Origin: Lama glama
Lineage: Eukaryota
Direction: 5' to 3'
Length of the DNA stretch: 64,000 bases
Assembly: GCA_028534125.1 (NCBI GenBank)
Contig: CM052816.1
Coordinates: 57,414,001-57,478,000 of the forward strand
Part shown: positions 1 through 12,371 of the stretch, in pieces
Position numbering within the stretch: the first letter of the stretch is position 1
Layout of the letters: every line of letters begins with the position of its first letter
Program-made: the position numbers and the translations under genes
The notes under the pieces: model-generated
What the model was told of the DNA's origin: nothing
What the model saw: the letters and a program-made list of their open reading frames with translations, nothing else
Database searches by the model: none

Positions 1-1330
1 AAAAGCAGTCTTGTTTTATCTGAAAATGGTTCCCAAACCAGTGGTTTGGAATACACATCAATCAAATCCAGTTACGACCAGACTGGGTGGTCTAATGTCT
101 GCACACAGCACAACAGGTGGGAAGTGCTGATCTTTTTAGCCTGCTACCAAGTTCTTGCTTGCTTTAAAAATGTTTAGATTTTATTAGTGTAGTGAAAGAG
201 ATCACCTAGCTATAACTGCTCTGATCATCTACTAATATTATAGCTTAGGCTTTCATTAATAAAATATCTTCAGTTTTTATAAGAACTAATGTCTGTTTAT
301 ATGACTTAAAGAATTATATGGTCCTATACTAAGAAACAAGCATATCATAAAAGTGGCACCACAAATTAGAGAGAAAAGAAGAACTAACACATGGATTTCC
401 TAAGGAGGGAAATCCATCTAGCCCATCACCTTCCATTTAACTACCAAATAAATTCTAGATTGACTGGAATATAATATAATATAGGTGGAAATGCTTTCTT
501 GGAGGGAAAAAAGCTGGAAAAGAAAAAAGAACTAAATCTGACTACATGAAAATAAGAATATCCAAGTAATCTAATATCTGAAAAAAAACACAACTCCACT
601 AATACTATAACATAGTAAAACAAATGGTTTTGTTGTTTGCTTATCCAGATGGCTAAGATTAGAGAAATTACAATTAATTTGGATGGCAAAAGTTGTGACA
701 GGATGGGACACTGCAGGCACAGTGTATACTGGCTTATAACTTTGTTAAAGAAAAATGTGGAATATTTAGATGAACCTTTAAAATGCTTAGACCCTTGGCC
801 TTAGTAAAAAATCACTTCTAGGAATTCTACTTGAAAGAAACCACTACTTATGGACAAAGAAAGATGCTCACTCCAGGATTATATATGAGTTTTAAAAAAG
901 GGGGGCAAACAACTAAATATTTAACAACAGAACAGTTACATATATACATACATACACTATGTGCACCATGATGGAAAAGTACTCAAAGTTTAAAGACTAA
1001 TGGCATGGAGGAAAGCACACAACACACAACAGCTGAAAAGAGCAAGCCACAAAATAGTATAACCAAAATGTTAACACTAACCATAGCTAGATACCATGTA
1101 CACACTACCAAATAATTCTTCTCCAAACACCCTGAATATATGACCATTGGCATATGGTACTCATCAGAAAAAAAATATTAAAAGACAACACATCAAAAAT
1201 ACTAGCGATAATTACTCAGGGTGGTAGAAATCCAGGAGATTTTAAGTTTTCTACATTTGAATTTTCTTCTATGAGCTGTATTACTTTATTTTTAAAAGAA
1301 AGTGAGCATTACTTTTAGAAGTAACTGATT

Positions 1331-1425
1331 TTAATAAATCACATCAATACGTTGTACATCTAAAACTAATACAATGTTCTACATCAGTTTGTTTACCTCA
1401 AAAAACTGGAAAAAGTATATTAAAA
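1331..1425 (+). mobile_element. Short L1 3' end
   Basis: gttgtacatctaaaactaatacaatg... flanked by TSD aagtaactgatt (1319-1330, 1426-1437). Confidence 0.72.
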
Positions 1426-1811
1426 AAGTAACTGATTCAACAGCATCCACGGGGTTAAAAACAGGCTTAACAGGTTAACCAAAAATCTCACAGCATCACA
1501 ACTGGTGGGAAATCCTTTTAGAGGGGGAAAAAAAAATCCATGAGATTCTATAGTCAAACTACAAGGATTATTTTAAAAAATTGTGCCATCGATTACCCAA
1601 AATTAATTATAATTTACAAAAGTCACACTGAAGTAATTAAAAAAAAAGTGCTTAAAAAAAAAATCTCTCAACTTATACCATCAGTAAAATTAAATCTGAC
1701 TTCTTTAGAACTTCACTACCTGATAGCCGAAGATGCAACCTAAAAATATAAAAATGAGGAATCACTGCTAAATTTATTAACAAGGTAGCATTCATAAGAA
1801 GGAACACTTAC

Positions 1812-1930
1812 TTGGGAAGATGTCTTACGAGTACATCTTTGCATATTGGTTGCTCAGCCAAAGTAAGCCAAAATTCGCAGGCTTCTAAAGCCACATTTTC
1901 ATCTTGATCTTGGGTCCTCTGCAGCATGTA
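1812..1930 (-). CDS. TNPO1: Transportin-1 coding exon 9 ([39 protein letters not shown]); gene continues beyond window start
   Basis: Branch point TACTAAC (1947-1953), pyrimidine tract and CAG acceptor, 119 nt, donor GTAAGT. Confidence 0.97.
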
Positions 1931-2329
1931 CTGTAAACAAAGGGAGGTTAGTATTAATCAGTTTAAATTATACAATTAAAATAAACCTAACCCAATTTCA
2001 GCAAGTCAATGGTCCTTTGCTATGGCCTTGCACTCACTTTACAGTGGTTCTCAGCCTAGGCTTTGGAATTTAAAAAAAGCTGCCTACTCAATTCTACAAT
2101 GCAGTCAAATTTAAGAATCACTGCTTTAGAACACTAACTACTGTAACGTGTCCAATTGATGTTTATCTGCTTCTGTACTAAAGGTCTATTTTGTTTCATA
2201 AACCACCGAGATTTTTAAAGGGTATTAATACTCAAACATTAAGTCTTAGAAACATAAAAAAACTCCATGAAATCTTTCATAAAATGGACAATCTTTATAT
2301 AACATAACTCAAGTTGTCTCTTTTAATTA

Positions 2330-2508
2330 CAATCAACCCTTGAACTATGTGGAAGTTGGGATGCCAATCCTCCAAGCAGTAAAAATTCACATATAACTTA
2401 CAGTCAACTTTCTTGGATCCTACAGTACTGTAGTACGTATTTAGTGTAAGAAATCTGTACATAAGTAGACCCTTGTAGTCCAAATCTGTGTTGTTTAAAG
2501 GTCAATTG
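2330..2508. mobile_element. Tigger-family (TcMar) MITE
   Basis: TA-flanked imperfect TIRs caatcaacccttgaac ... gtttaaaggtcaattg. Confidence 0.65.
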
Positions 2509-3886
2509 TAGATAATTTCATATAAAGACATTTATATATTACACAATTAAAAAAACTTTTTTTTAATTTGGAAATAAATAGTGACATTTCTTTGTCAACC
2601 TGAATTTGTAGTTGCCAACAAAATAGATTTATCATGTTCTTTGAACATACCAAGACAAATTCACTCTTGGCTGAAAAAACATCTGATTCCCAAATCTATC
2701 CAAATCTACCCCTCTTTAAAAAACCTTACATACAAAACCAAAATAACCATAATCAAAGGCACTGATTCTCAATATACCTGGGACTGAAACTGGGACGAAC
2801 AGATGAATTCTTCAAACCTATTCTACTCATATACATCCTCTGTTTGAAAGAAACATCCCAAATGACAAAATATGGCAACCCAACAGTTGTGATAGGCCAA
2901 CCCCTATAACATTCCACATCATGTCCTATTACTATGCTGAATACTGCTCAAGAAAGAATTGTAGTCTTATAAATTAGGCTCTCCGTGGCAAATGATAAAA
3001 TGTCTCTTTTCTGGTTAACTCTAAACTCTCACTAAACTTTCAACCAATCCCCTCTGATTCTTCTAAACACTTCAGGGAGAACAGGCTCACTAGAGAAAAT
3101 GCCATTTATTCTCTTCTTAAGTTGCTACATAGCCTTATGTCTACAACTCTTTCCTAATGCTTTAGAAAAGGAGTTGCTGCACATCACAGGTACCAGCCTT
3201 AGATCCTAGATGCCATCCTTTAAGTACAACTATATTCAGTAATATGAAAATTAGGTGGTACAGTTTGACTCTAGCAACGAATATTGCCCAACAAATTACT
3301 TTGTCCTAGTAATAATTATATCTTATTATGTATTCCTTCCTTTAATTATGGCTGAACTGTGATCAAAGTAATTAGAATTTCCTAGTAAAATTATTTTAAC
3401 CACACAGGGGCTGAAAAAGAGCCTTTAAAAATCTAAATGGTTTGCTAGAACTCACTATAATGGTTATGTATTTTCTACTCAGAAAACTCAGTTACCATAA
3501 ATCAAAAGATGATCAGATCAATTTGCCAGTAATGGGTAGAAAACAAACTCACAACTGCCACAGTTTTGTAGCCTAATCCATATCTAATAAATACAAATAA
3601 TCTAAATATTTCCTAGTTACACTGGTTAAAAGCTATCTACTCTTTTAAATAACTTCCCCCTCTATAACATCTTAAATCTCAAGAAAGAAAAATCACCATA
3701 AAGGTAATTTATGACTTTCAGATAATCGTAACTTTTTTACAGTCCCCCCACAAATGTGAAAAATGTGTTAAATAAACTGGAAAACTGGTTTCACATTACA
3801 CACATTGTGCCCAAGATTTCTCTTGTTGTTGGGGGAGGGGGAGGTAGGGGGTGGGGACAAGAAAGCCTTTAAATTGCCTGTATTAC

Positions 3887-4009
3887 CTCAACAATATTGT
3901 GCATGTGAGGAAGCAGGCGATCCATTCGAACTTCAAGCAGCATCACAAGTGCCCGGCACACATTTTTCCGGACCTCTGGTTCTTCATCACCAGCCAATGC
4001 AAACAGATT
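3887..4009 (-). CDS. TNPO1: Transportin-1 coding exon 8 ([41 protein letters not shown])
   Basis: Acceptor gtgcaaTAG, 123 nt, donor GTAATA; manual translation. Confidence 0.97.
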
Positions 4010-4244
4010 CTATTGCACAAGAAACATTTTTTCCTAGTTAAGTATTCCAATACATTAGAAAGGTTTACACATAATAACCAGTAATCTCCAAGTTGGTAAC
4101 ATTTAAAGAAACTGTAAGGAAATATACTACAAATAAATACTGATGAATTAATTGGCCTGTAACATCAGGTTATAAAATAGGACAAATATACGATAATAAA
4201 CACCAAAAATTATGATTTTGGTAAATCATCTAAAGCCATTCTTT

Positions 4245-4470
4245 TTTTTTTTCAAAGAAAAAAATGGAAAATTTTATTCAAGCCGAATTGAGGATTATAA
4301 ACCCAGGAATAGCATCTCTGAAAGCTCTGAGAACTGTTCAACCCATTAGAAGTCAAGGCACAGTTACAGGAGTTTTTTGAGATGGAAGGCTGTACATTAA
4401 ATGACATATTATTGATAGCATACACAATCCAGATCTAAGCGTCATAATGGCCCCTTACAAATCAAGAAGG
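4245..4470 (-). mobile_element. Polyadenylated retrocopy of an ERV-LTR-like transcript
   Basis: 13-bp TSD aaagccattcttt (4232-4244, 4471-4483), T11 run at the left end, minus-strand AATAAA at 4273-4278. Body resembles ERV1-class LTRs (recall only). Confidence 0.7.
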
Positions 4471-6323
4471 AAAGCCATTCTTTCTGATAGAGTATGAGTG
4501 GTTGCATTTTTAGGTAATTTTTAGTTTGTGAGACTAAAACCATGTCATTAGAACACAGGGGCATTCATCCAGCTCACCCAGAAAAGTAGGGATAATCATT
4601 AAAATACAACTTGATTAACCCTTCAAAATTACAGTCTGTCAAGAGATTATTCCTACCAACTCTGATTCTTAACAGGTGTAAATTCTATAAAAGCAATGGC
4701 AGATGAGAAATATACACTGAGTTTCTAACAACATAACTCTAAACTGCTGTTGTTCATCAAGTCAACCACTGAAAAAATACAAGTAGCAACTGATTTATGC
4801 CATTCTTAGCAAGTTTCTCTACAAGAAAAAAAAAGTCTGAATGAACAATACACTATTTTATTTATTTAACCATCACAAGTCCAAGATGTTGTTATTCAAT
4901 TTTACAGATAAAGAAATGGAAGTTCAGACATTATATAACTTGCTAACCAGTGGGGGAATCTGAATTTGGTTTTTCCAAATCACTATTATTTCACTATACC
5001 AACAAGCTCCACTAGAAGAACAATTTGTGTCTTGCAGAGGTTCAAGCGGAGATGAGAATAAGCCTTCTTCTTCTCACTTATTGTTTTACTTTATTCACAC
5101 ACAAACACACATGCATTGAAAGTAGTAAAAAATAAATAAATAAACAGAACACCAAAACATTAAAATAATTAAGTAAAATCCAATGTGTTCCACTGTCTCT
5201 TTCCAGGAACCACAGAAACATCAACTAGATGAACCTAAAATCTTATTATAAGAAAGGGGTAAGACAATGAAAAAGTTTAAATATCAAGTGATAGTATGTT
5301 AAGTACTGTGGTAGCATTTTAAAACCTTTGATTTCTCTATGCCCTACCTCTACATCTGAGACTTTAAAGACTCTGTAGTTGTTCTTTTAATCAGATGTAT
5401 TTCACATGGTCAGAGAAGAATACTGTGTTTCCAGCAGATGCTGCTTATATGTCAGAAACATCCTTCATTAAATCTGATGTTGTCTTAAGTATGAATACCC
5501 AGCTTTGCCAAGGTGTATTACAGCCATGTATTAGTAACCAACACACTTCTCATCAATACTGTAAGACGTTAGCCCCTGAAAAAATCACTGATAACTGAAA
5601 AAAACAGCCATTTATTCATTTAGTAAATAGTTATTAAGAGCCTACTACGTGTCCAGCGCCTCCTCTGGAGGTTTACTGCTCTTGTAGGACGGAGGACTTG
5701 TTGAATCTTACAGGATTATCAAGTAGCAAAGAAGTGTTACTATAGTATTTAACACTAATGGAAAATATTTTTAAATGTCAGGAAATGTTCTTGTTCTACT
5801 TGCTGAGTATGGTCCTGTGGACTTTTAAGAGAGAATTTATTTTATTCTAAATTATATTTCTGTGTAAGATGCTGGTATGTTTATCATTGTTCTCTTTATT
5901 AAACTGTGAAAGAACACGAAGAGGAAATACTATTATAATTACAAAAAAACCCACTACTGTAGCTTCTAAAAATATTAATAGCAGTTGTTAACATGTGGAG
6001 TGCTTACTCTGTAGTAGGCACTGTTCCAATTTATTTTTAGCAAATATCTTAATAACAATCCAACAAAGGAGGTCTATTATTAGCTTTATTTTATAGAAAA
6101 TGAAGACATGAGTTAAATAATGTGTTCAAGGTTAACAGCTACTAAGCTGTGGAGGTGGGATTTGAACCCAGTCAGTCTTACTCCAGACTTTTAATGCTGT
6201 CCACTCTCCTCTATACCAAAGTAGACTGAAAACACTTTGAAGCATAAAATGTCTTCATGTATCCCTAGCACCAAGCACAGTGGTAGTAGGTACTCAGTAA
6301 AATAAGCTTAAGATGCATGTTTC

Positions 6324-6459
6324 GGGGGAGGGTATAGCTCAAATGGTAGAGCACATACTTAGCATGCATGAGGTCCTGGGTTTAATCTCCAGTCCCTCCT
6401 CTAAAAATAAGTAAATCTAATAATCTCACCCTCAAAATAAAAATTAAAGAAAAAAATAA
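6324..6459 (+). mobile_element. tRNA-Ala-derived SINE (camelid Vic-1-like)
   Basis: GGGGAGGGTATAGCTCAAATGGTAGAGC...GGGTTTAATCTCC (A/B boxes), A-rich tail, 15-bp TSD ttaagaYgcaYgttt (6308-6322, 6460-6474). Confidence 0.88.
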
Positions 6460-7350
6460 TTAAGACGCACGTTTTGGTTTCAATTTTTAAACGACTAGAG
6501 GATTCTGATGGCTACTACTTGCAGTCTATTGGTAAATGATGTTTAGAAAGAAGCGTGTCAATTTAAGTGATGAGAAAAAAAATGATGTAATACCCACCTC
6601 CCCCTTTCTTACAATTTCCCAACAGAAATGCCAGCATTAAGGTCTCTGAAGGATTTTTTAAAAAGAACAGTTGAAAAGGAATAGACTAAGTAAATTTCAT
6701 TTGATGAAAATAAAAGTGAAGTCCTTAAGGAACTTTAGTAGTCCTTCCACAACTGCTGTTGTCAAGCAGAAATTCTGAAAAGGAATTCTACTGCTTAAGG
6801 TTCATGGCCACAAAATCATGTTCTTGTTGTCTTTCTGCTTTTATCAAAAAGTTAAAAAGTACCTTTAGAAATGCTTGCTGAGATTTAAGAGTCAGTATTT
6901 CCCTGAAACTTCTCATTTTACAATGAAAACCAACAGAAAAATAGAATTACTATCCTTTTAGTTTCTACTTTCGCAGCCTCTATCAAATTAAACTTATCCA
7001 ATCTCTTTGTGTTTCAAACATCACAAATGAGCTGTGAGATTTAATTTCCATATGGAACTTGAAAAGTAACCGAAGTAGAAATTTTTATAATTAAGATATT
7101 ACACACACAATGCCATAATCAATGTTTGTATTATGATACAAGTAGAAAACTCAGAGAGTAAAAGTAGTTTTACTTTCAGTTAAATCAGTCTATACTGTAA
7201 CCAATTTTAATACTATCAGAAATAATTTAAATACTGACAGTTTATAATTACAAATTATTACATTTATAAAGTAAAACTACATGCAATCAGCATTTTCTAA
7301 CCTTCTCAAAAACAAGGTAGTAGGGGGGTGCAGGGGAGAACAAATCTCAC

Positions 7351-7432
7351 CTCAATGAAGGAATCAATGTGCAGCATGAGAGCTTGAGTTCTACTGATGA
7401 TAAACTGATTGACACACGCAACAGCGTGAGAC
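7351..7432 (-). CDS. TNPO1: Transportin-1 coding exon 7 ([27 protein letters not shown])
   Basis: Acceptor ttgtttcTAG, 82 nt, donor GTGAGA; manual translation. Confidence 0.97.
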
Positions 7433-7969
7433 CTAGAAACAAAATTTAAAATTTAATATACACTAATTGAAACATACACTTTTTTCCATTTACAGGAACT
7501 TAAAACAGTCCTCATTAAAATATTACGGTGTATGTATAGCTACACCCACCCCCCAAAAGAATGAGTCAAAATTCTCTATGTATTAATACATTATACACAT
7601 TCCTTGTTAAGTGAAAAATGCAGGCTGTGGAGCAATATATTAATGCTCCTAAGAAAGCAAAAAAGTGTCTAAAAGGGTATATTCACTCTCAAGATAGTTG
7701 GATGGGGACATAATGGGAATGTCCTACAGCCTATGTGTTCTAGCGTGTCTAATTTAATCCCACAGCAATTCTTAATGGCACTAATATTAAAAATATACCC
7801 ATAACCCAGTCACTTAACCTCTGCTTCTTCCCTAGTCCAAATCATCATCTCCCTTCAAGATTATTCCAATAGGTTCTAACTGGTTTCCCAAATTCCACTA
7901 TGCCAAATCCCACTACCTGTTTGACACACATGAATAAGACCATAGTATCCTTGTTCAGATTGTTCCAAT

Positions 7970-8152
7970 AAGACAATCTATTTTTTTTCTACAAAAGGCC
8001 AAAAGGTAAATATTTTAAGCTTTGTGGGCCACAAAAGACCTCTGTGGCACCTTTATTACCTGACCTACCTTCAATCTTTTAAAATATGAAATCATTCATA
8101 GCTCACAGGTCATGGCTGGATTTGGCCCCATGGGTCAGTTTGCTAACTAGTC
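7970..8152. mobile_element. MER58-like hAT MITE
   Basis: aaaggccaaaaggtaaatattttaagctttgtgggcca...ggatttggccc; similar copies at ~43790-43990 and ~47085-47235. Confidence 0.65.
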
Positions 8153-10434
8153 TAGACATCCTCTATAATGTGGCTAGTTTCTACCCCTCTAACTTCACTT
8201 CCTATGATACAAAGTTTTTTTCTTCTGTTACTCTAAAAGGCTTGTTCCATCTTAAATGTTCTTTGCCTTCATTGTTCAGGGTCTCTGCACAAATGTTACC
8301 TTTATAGAGAACCCTCTACATAAAATACCTTTGGACAACTGTCTAACCCCTTATTCTCATTATTTTTCCATAGTATTTATCATGAAATGGTATTTGTCAT
8401 GGGGGAAAGGAGATACTACATGAATAAACGGTGTAACTGTCATGCAAAGGAATGGTATATAGTAGTCAAAACAAATGAGCTACAGTGACACTAAAGTATG
8501 GATGAAGCTTAGCAAGAGAATATTATTATAAGATAATCAAAGATTAAATTCAGTGTAATACTTTTTATAAAGTTAAAAACATGTATACATATATACACAT
8601 TTTACATATATACGCAATAAAGCTGTTTTTTAAAAAATGCAAGGGAAGGATAAACTTGGGGTTAGATGCAGGTTGCTGTCAAGGTCTTAGTTTTTGTTTT
8701 GGACAGTGAACTTGAGTGATTATTAAAAATATCCAATAAATAACTAAAGACTAAATGGAAGTGGGCTATAATGAGAATGCGTCATGAGCTAAGAGCCATA
8801 ACCCAATTTTGTGTACCTCTAGTGTGGTTAAAAAAATAAGATGGCTCTAATTTTTAAACTGCTTAGTCATGCAAGAGATAAAACTATATTCCTTTGCCTC
8901 ATTTCATATTCTCAAAGTCCAACCATTACTGAGGAAAAAAATCCTTACAACTACTAGTAAGTATCGGTTAAACTGTATTAAAAAGGTGTTAATGATGCAG
9001 AATAAAATGGAAGATTTGTTTACTGCACAGCTAAAACACAGCAGATGGTCATTTACTCAAGTACACATTAAAATGAAAAGGTTTAACAGCAACTTGTGTA
9101 CAAGAGAATCTCAAATGGGTACTAATGAAAACATTCTGTATCGCTGAACTTTTTGTAGAAAATGAATTCCCCTATCTAGTTAACTATACCAGGAAGAGTA
9201 ATCTTAATTTTGAAAATGTTATTATTTATTTGCATGATATTACCACAAGTAAGCATCTATTAAGTTTCCACTATAAGTACAACACTGTAGTAAGTTATCA
9301 CTTAAGAAGTAACTAAAATTAAAATGAGGTAAAAAGAACTAAATAGAGAATCTAAACAAGAAAAAGATGACTAAAGTCCCAATTACTCTCTGATCACATT
9401 GCTGAAACTATAATCCTTTGGAATATAGGTTGAAAACTTAAAGTAAACCTTAACGGACATCTGAACTAATATAGACATAATGCACTGAAGTTCATGCAGT
9501 TGGATATCCCTAAATCACTGCCTCTTTAATCACTGCATAATTTTTAATAGTAATATGATGTATATTCTACATAGAAGCATGAAGTACTGACAACTGGAAA
9601 TAAAAATCAAAGCAAGTGATCATCAGAAGAGCAATGACTTTTCCACAGAAACAATAAACAAAAGGCACGTTAGGGGGAAAAAAAAATGTAACCAGGGTTG
9701 GGGAGGGGAGAACACAGCCACCTGGGAAGCTTCAGGTGAAACCAGTGACACACACTTCAATAGTGTAATAAAGGCATCATGTAATTATAGTTTGACAGGA
9801 CAGCTGACGGTAATAAACTAAAAGGCTAATTTAATAGTCTAAATATGATTATTTCAGTAACTACATGTTAGGAACTGTTTAAGGAACTAGGAATACAGAG
9901 AAACACAAAGCAGACCAGGTTAACTTCAGGACTAGCCAACCAGGCCTACTATGTGATTTCAGTGTATTCAAAAACTTTTCCACCCTCACATCTAAAATGT
10001 TTTTATAATTAGACATAAAACCTTTAAACTAAAATTATTAAGTAAGATGTCAAATTGAAGCAATTTTTATTACACAGCTGCAAATGAAAGTACTTGTTGT
10101 ACTTGGTAGCATTCATAAATTAAAAAATAAAAAAACAATAAACCCCCAAACACAATTAATTTTAGCTTTACACAAAGGACTTAAAAAGTGTGACTGTTAA
10201 CCATTACAAATGTAATTAACCATGTAGACAGTAAACTGTCATAATCAATAAAAATTTCATCAGGAGAAGTCAACATTTCACAGGTTGTTATTAAATTTCA
10301 ATTATAAAGTCCACTTTTGTGAAATGGTCAATTATTTTCTGCTAATCACAAAAATACTAGGTCATGCAAAATAAGGGAGTGGTCAGGCTTGTTTCAGAGT
10401 TTATAAATTAATTTAATATTGGCTAAACAGGTAC

Positions 10435-10568
10435 CTTATTTTTGGACTACTGTGCTTGAAGAACTGCAAAAATTTGGGAATCATGATGTTGAGAGGACGA
10501 TCTAAAACATCACTATCTAAAATCTCAGCAGAATCTTCACAAATCTTCTGAAGGGCACCAAATGCTCC
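10435..10568 (-). CDS. TNPO1: Transportin-1 coding exon 6 ([44 protein letters not shown])
   Basis: Acceptor tctttgaCAG, 134 nt, donor AG|GTACCT; manual translation. Confidence 0.97.
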
Positions 10569-12264
10569 CTGTCAAAGACATTTAAATTATCAGAATTAAA
10601 AATGAAGCCATTTTAAAAACAAATTGAGGAATATTAACTAATTTGTATGGATTAATGTTCTCAGCCCACGTAAAAACTGCCTCTAAAATCCATATTTAGT
10701 CATCAATTTAAGAGAAATTATTATACCATTTAGTTATCTAAAACCTCAGTTTAAATATAATGATACAGTTCAATTTTAGCATTAAGTGACTTAGAATTTT
10801 TTGGTTGGCAAGGATTGTAATATATATCATCTAATTAAAAAATCTAACTTCTGAGGTATTCTTGCCAATTTTAAGTCATCACTAACTTTTCTCTTATTAA
10901 ATACCAGTTTGTTAAAACTGAATGCAAAACTCTACATTTATGTATAAGCGTATTTAACCACTGTATCACTTCTCTTTCTTAAGCACAGAAAGAGGTTTTA
11001 ATTTTCATCAAAAAAATTACTTAACATAAACCATTCATTGACAAAACCTGTTAAAAGAGCAGGCAATTCAAATGGGCAATAACTTCCCTAAAGCCATCTT
11101 ACACAGAAGTGGCTAACACAGAGAACTCCTGTACACAATATGTAATACCTACTAGTTACCTCAACCACTTACTTTTCTCTGCTTTTCATCAGCAACACCT
11201 TGGTGCTTACTTTCCATAGTACAGTTAATTTAAGAATACTGTCCCTTTAAAATATGACTTAGGTAGTAGCCCCCCAATTTCACAATTACCACAGTTTAAA
11301 TTTTTTATTTTTGCAAAATGTTTGCTTAAAATTTTGATCTCCTTTTATGCCATTACCATTATACCAAAACACTATTTAAATTTTAATCAACTGTTACCTG
11401 AGGGCCAAATACTATTTTTAGTTGTTTTTCTGTAATCTTTAATCTTACAGAAGGCATTACTGGAAAAGGTATATATGAGAATGTAAGATTGTTTTCTTTT
11501 TCTTTTAGGGAGGGAGAAGAGTGACTTTAAAGATGCCTTTGCTAACTTTCCCTTTCCCTAGTACTCACTTCCCCAAGCTAGATCTCGCAACAAAATGTTA
11601 AGTCAAAAGACCACCTGATTCTTTTTTGTTCGGTTATTCCTATGCCTGCTCTGTCTCCAAGCCTTACTCTTTTTTGAGACGGAGATAGATCACTGCCTTA
11701 AGAGAGGCAAACATCTAAAATGATTTCCATTTAAAACAGATTTCTACCCAAACTGGAAGTCTGCTAACGAAAGAAATGGTTAAGGTAGTCATTAAGTGAG
11801 AAATTACAAAAGACAAATTCATACTGACTCCCTCTCACCTCCCCAAATGGAAAGGTTGCTACTGATTTGATCAGTAGCAAAGGGTCCCCAGCAAAAGATT
11901 GTAATTAATAAAGGATTAAAACTAGACTTGATACATCTTATATCATAAAACAAGAGGCACAAAAACAATTTAGAGAAGCTGAAAACAAACTCATGTTCTG
12001 GGAATTTGGTAAATTTATTACAATACAGTTATAGAAGGTATTTCCCTGCAGAAAATATAGTAAAGAGGTTTTATACCTTAATGGTCTTCACAAAAAAACA
12101 CCAGTAAGATAAATGATCACTAATGTAACAGAAGAAGGTAACTTTAGGCTTCTAAGTTTTGAAATTTGATGTTTCAGAGGAAATTTTTTTTCTTAAGGTT
12201 ACTAATAACCAACATGACAAAGAAAACAGAAAAGAAAAAATATGTATGAAGTAAAAATCGTTAC

Positions 12265-12371
12265 CTCACAAGTGTTGTAATCTTCAGAATCCAACAGGCT
12301 ACAGAGTTTTGGTAAGAGGTCAGGCCAGTTCTGCAATTCTCCCTTGGAGGCTATAGTTGTAATCAAAATAC
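12265..12371 (-). CDS. TNPO1: Transportin-1 coding exon 5 ([16 protein letters not shown]...DYNTCE)
   Basis: Acceptor ttctttcAAG, 107 nt, donor GTAACG; lies within ORF 12202..12390. Confidence 0.98.

Noticed and set aside
1..1811. TNPO1 exon 10 or an intronic miRNA hairpin
   Set aside because: No sequence encoding LIPVLVNGMKY was seen, and no convincing hairpin was found by eye.
3830..3856. G-quadruplex-like G tracts beside exon 8 (also at 21715-21790)
   Set aside because: They are on the template strand, the motif is common, and nothing here supports function.
6324..6400. Functional tRNA-Ala gene (also at 33952 and 34085)
   Set aside because: Degenerate stems, SINE body with A-rich tail and TSDs.
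10428..10434. Intron 6 donor GTACCTG as a second U12 site
   Set aside because: It lacks ATCCTT, and no CCTTAAC branch precedes exon 7; best read as a weak U2 donor.
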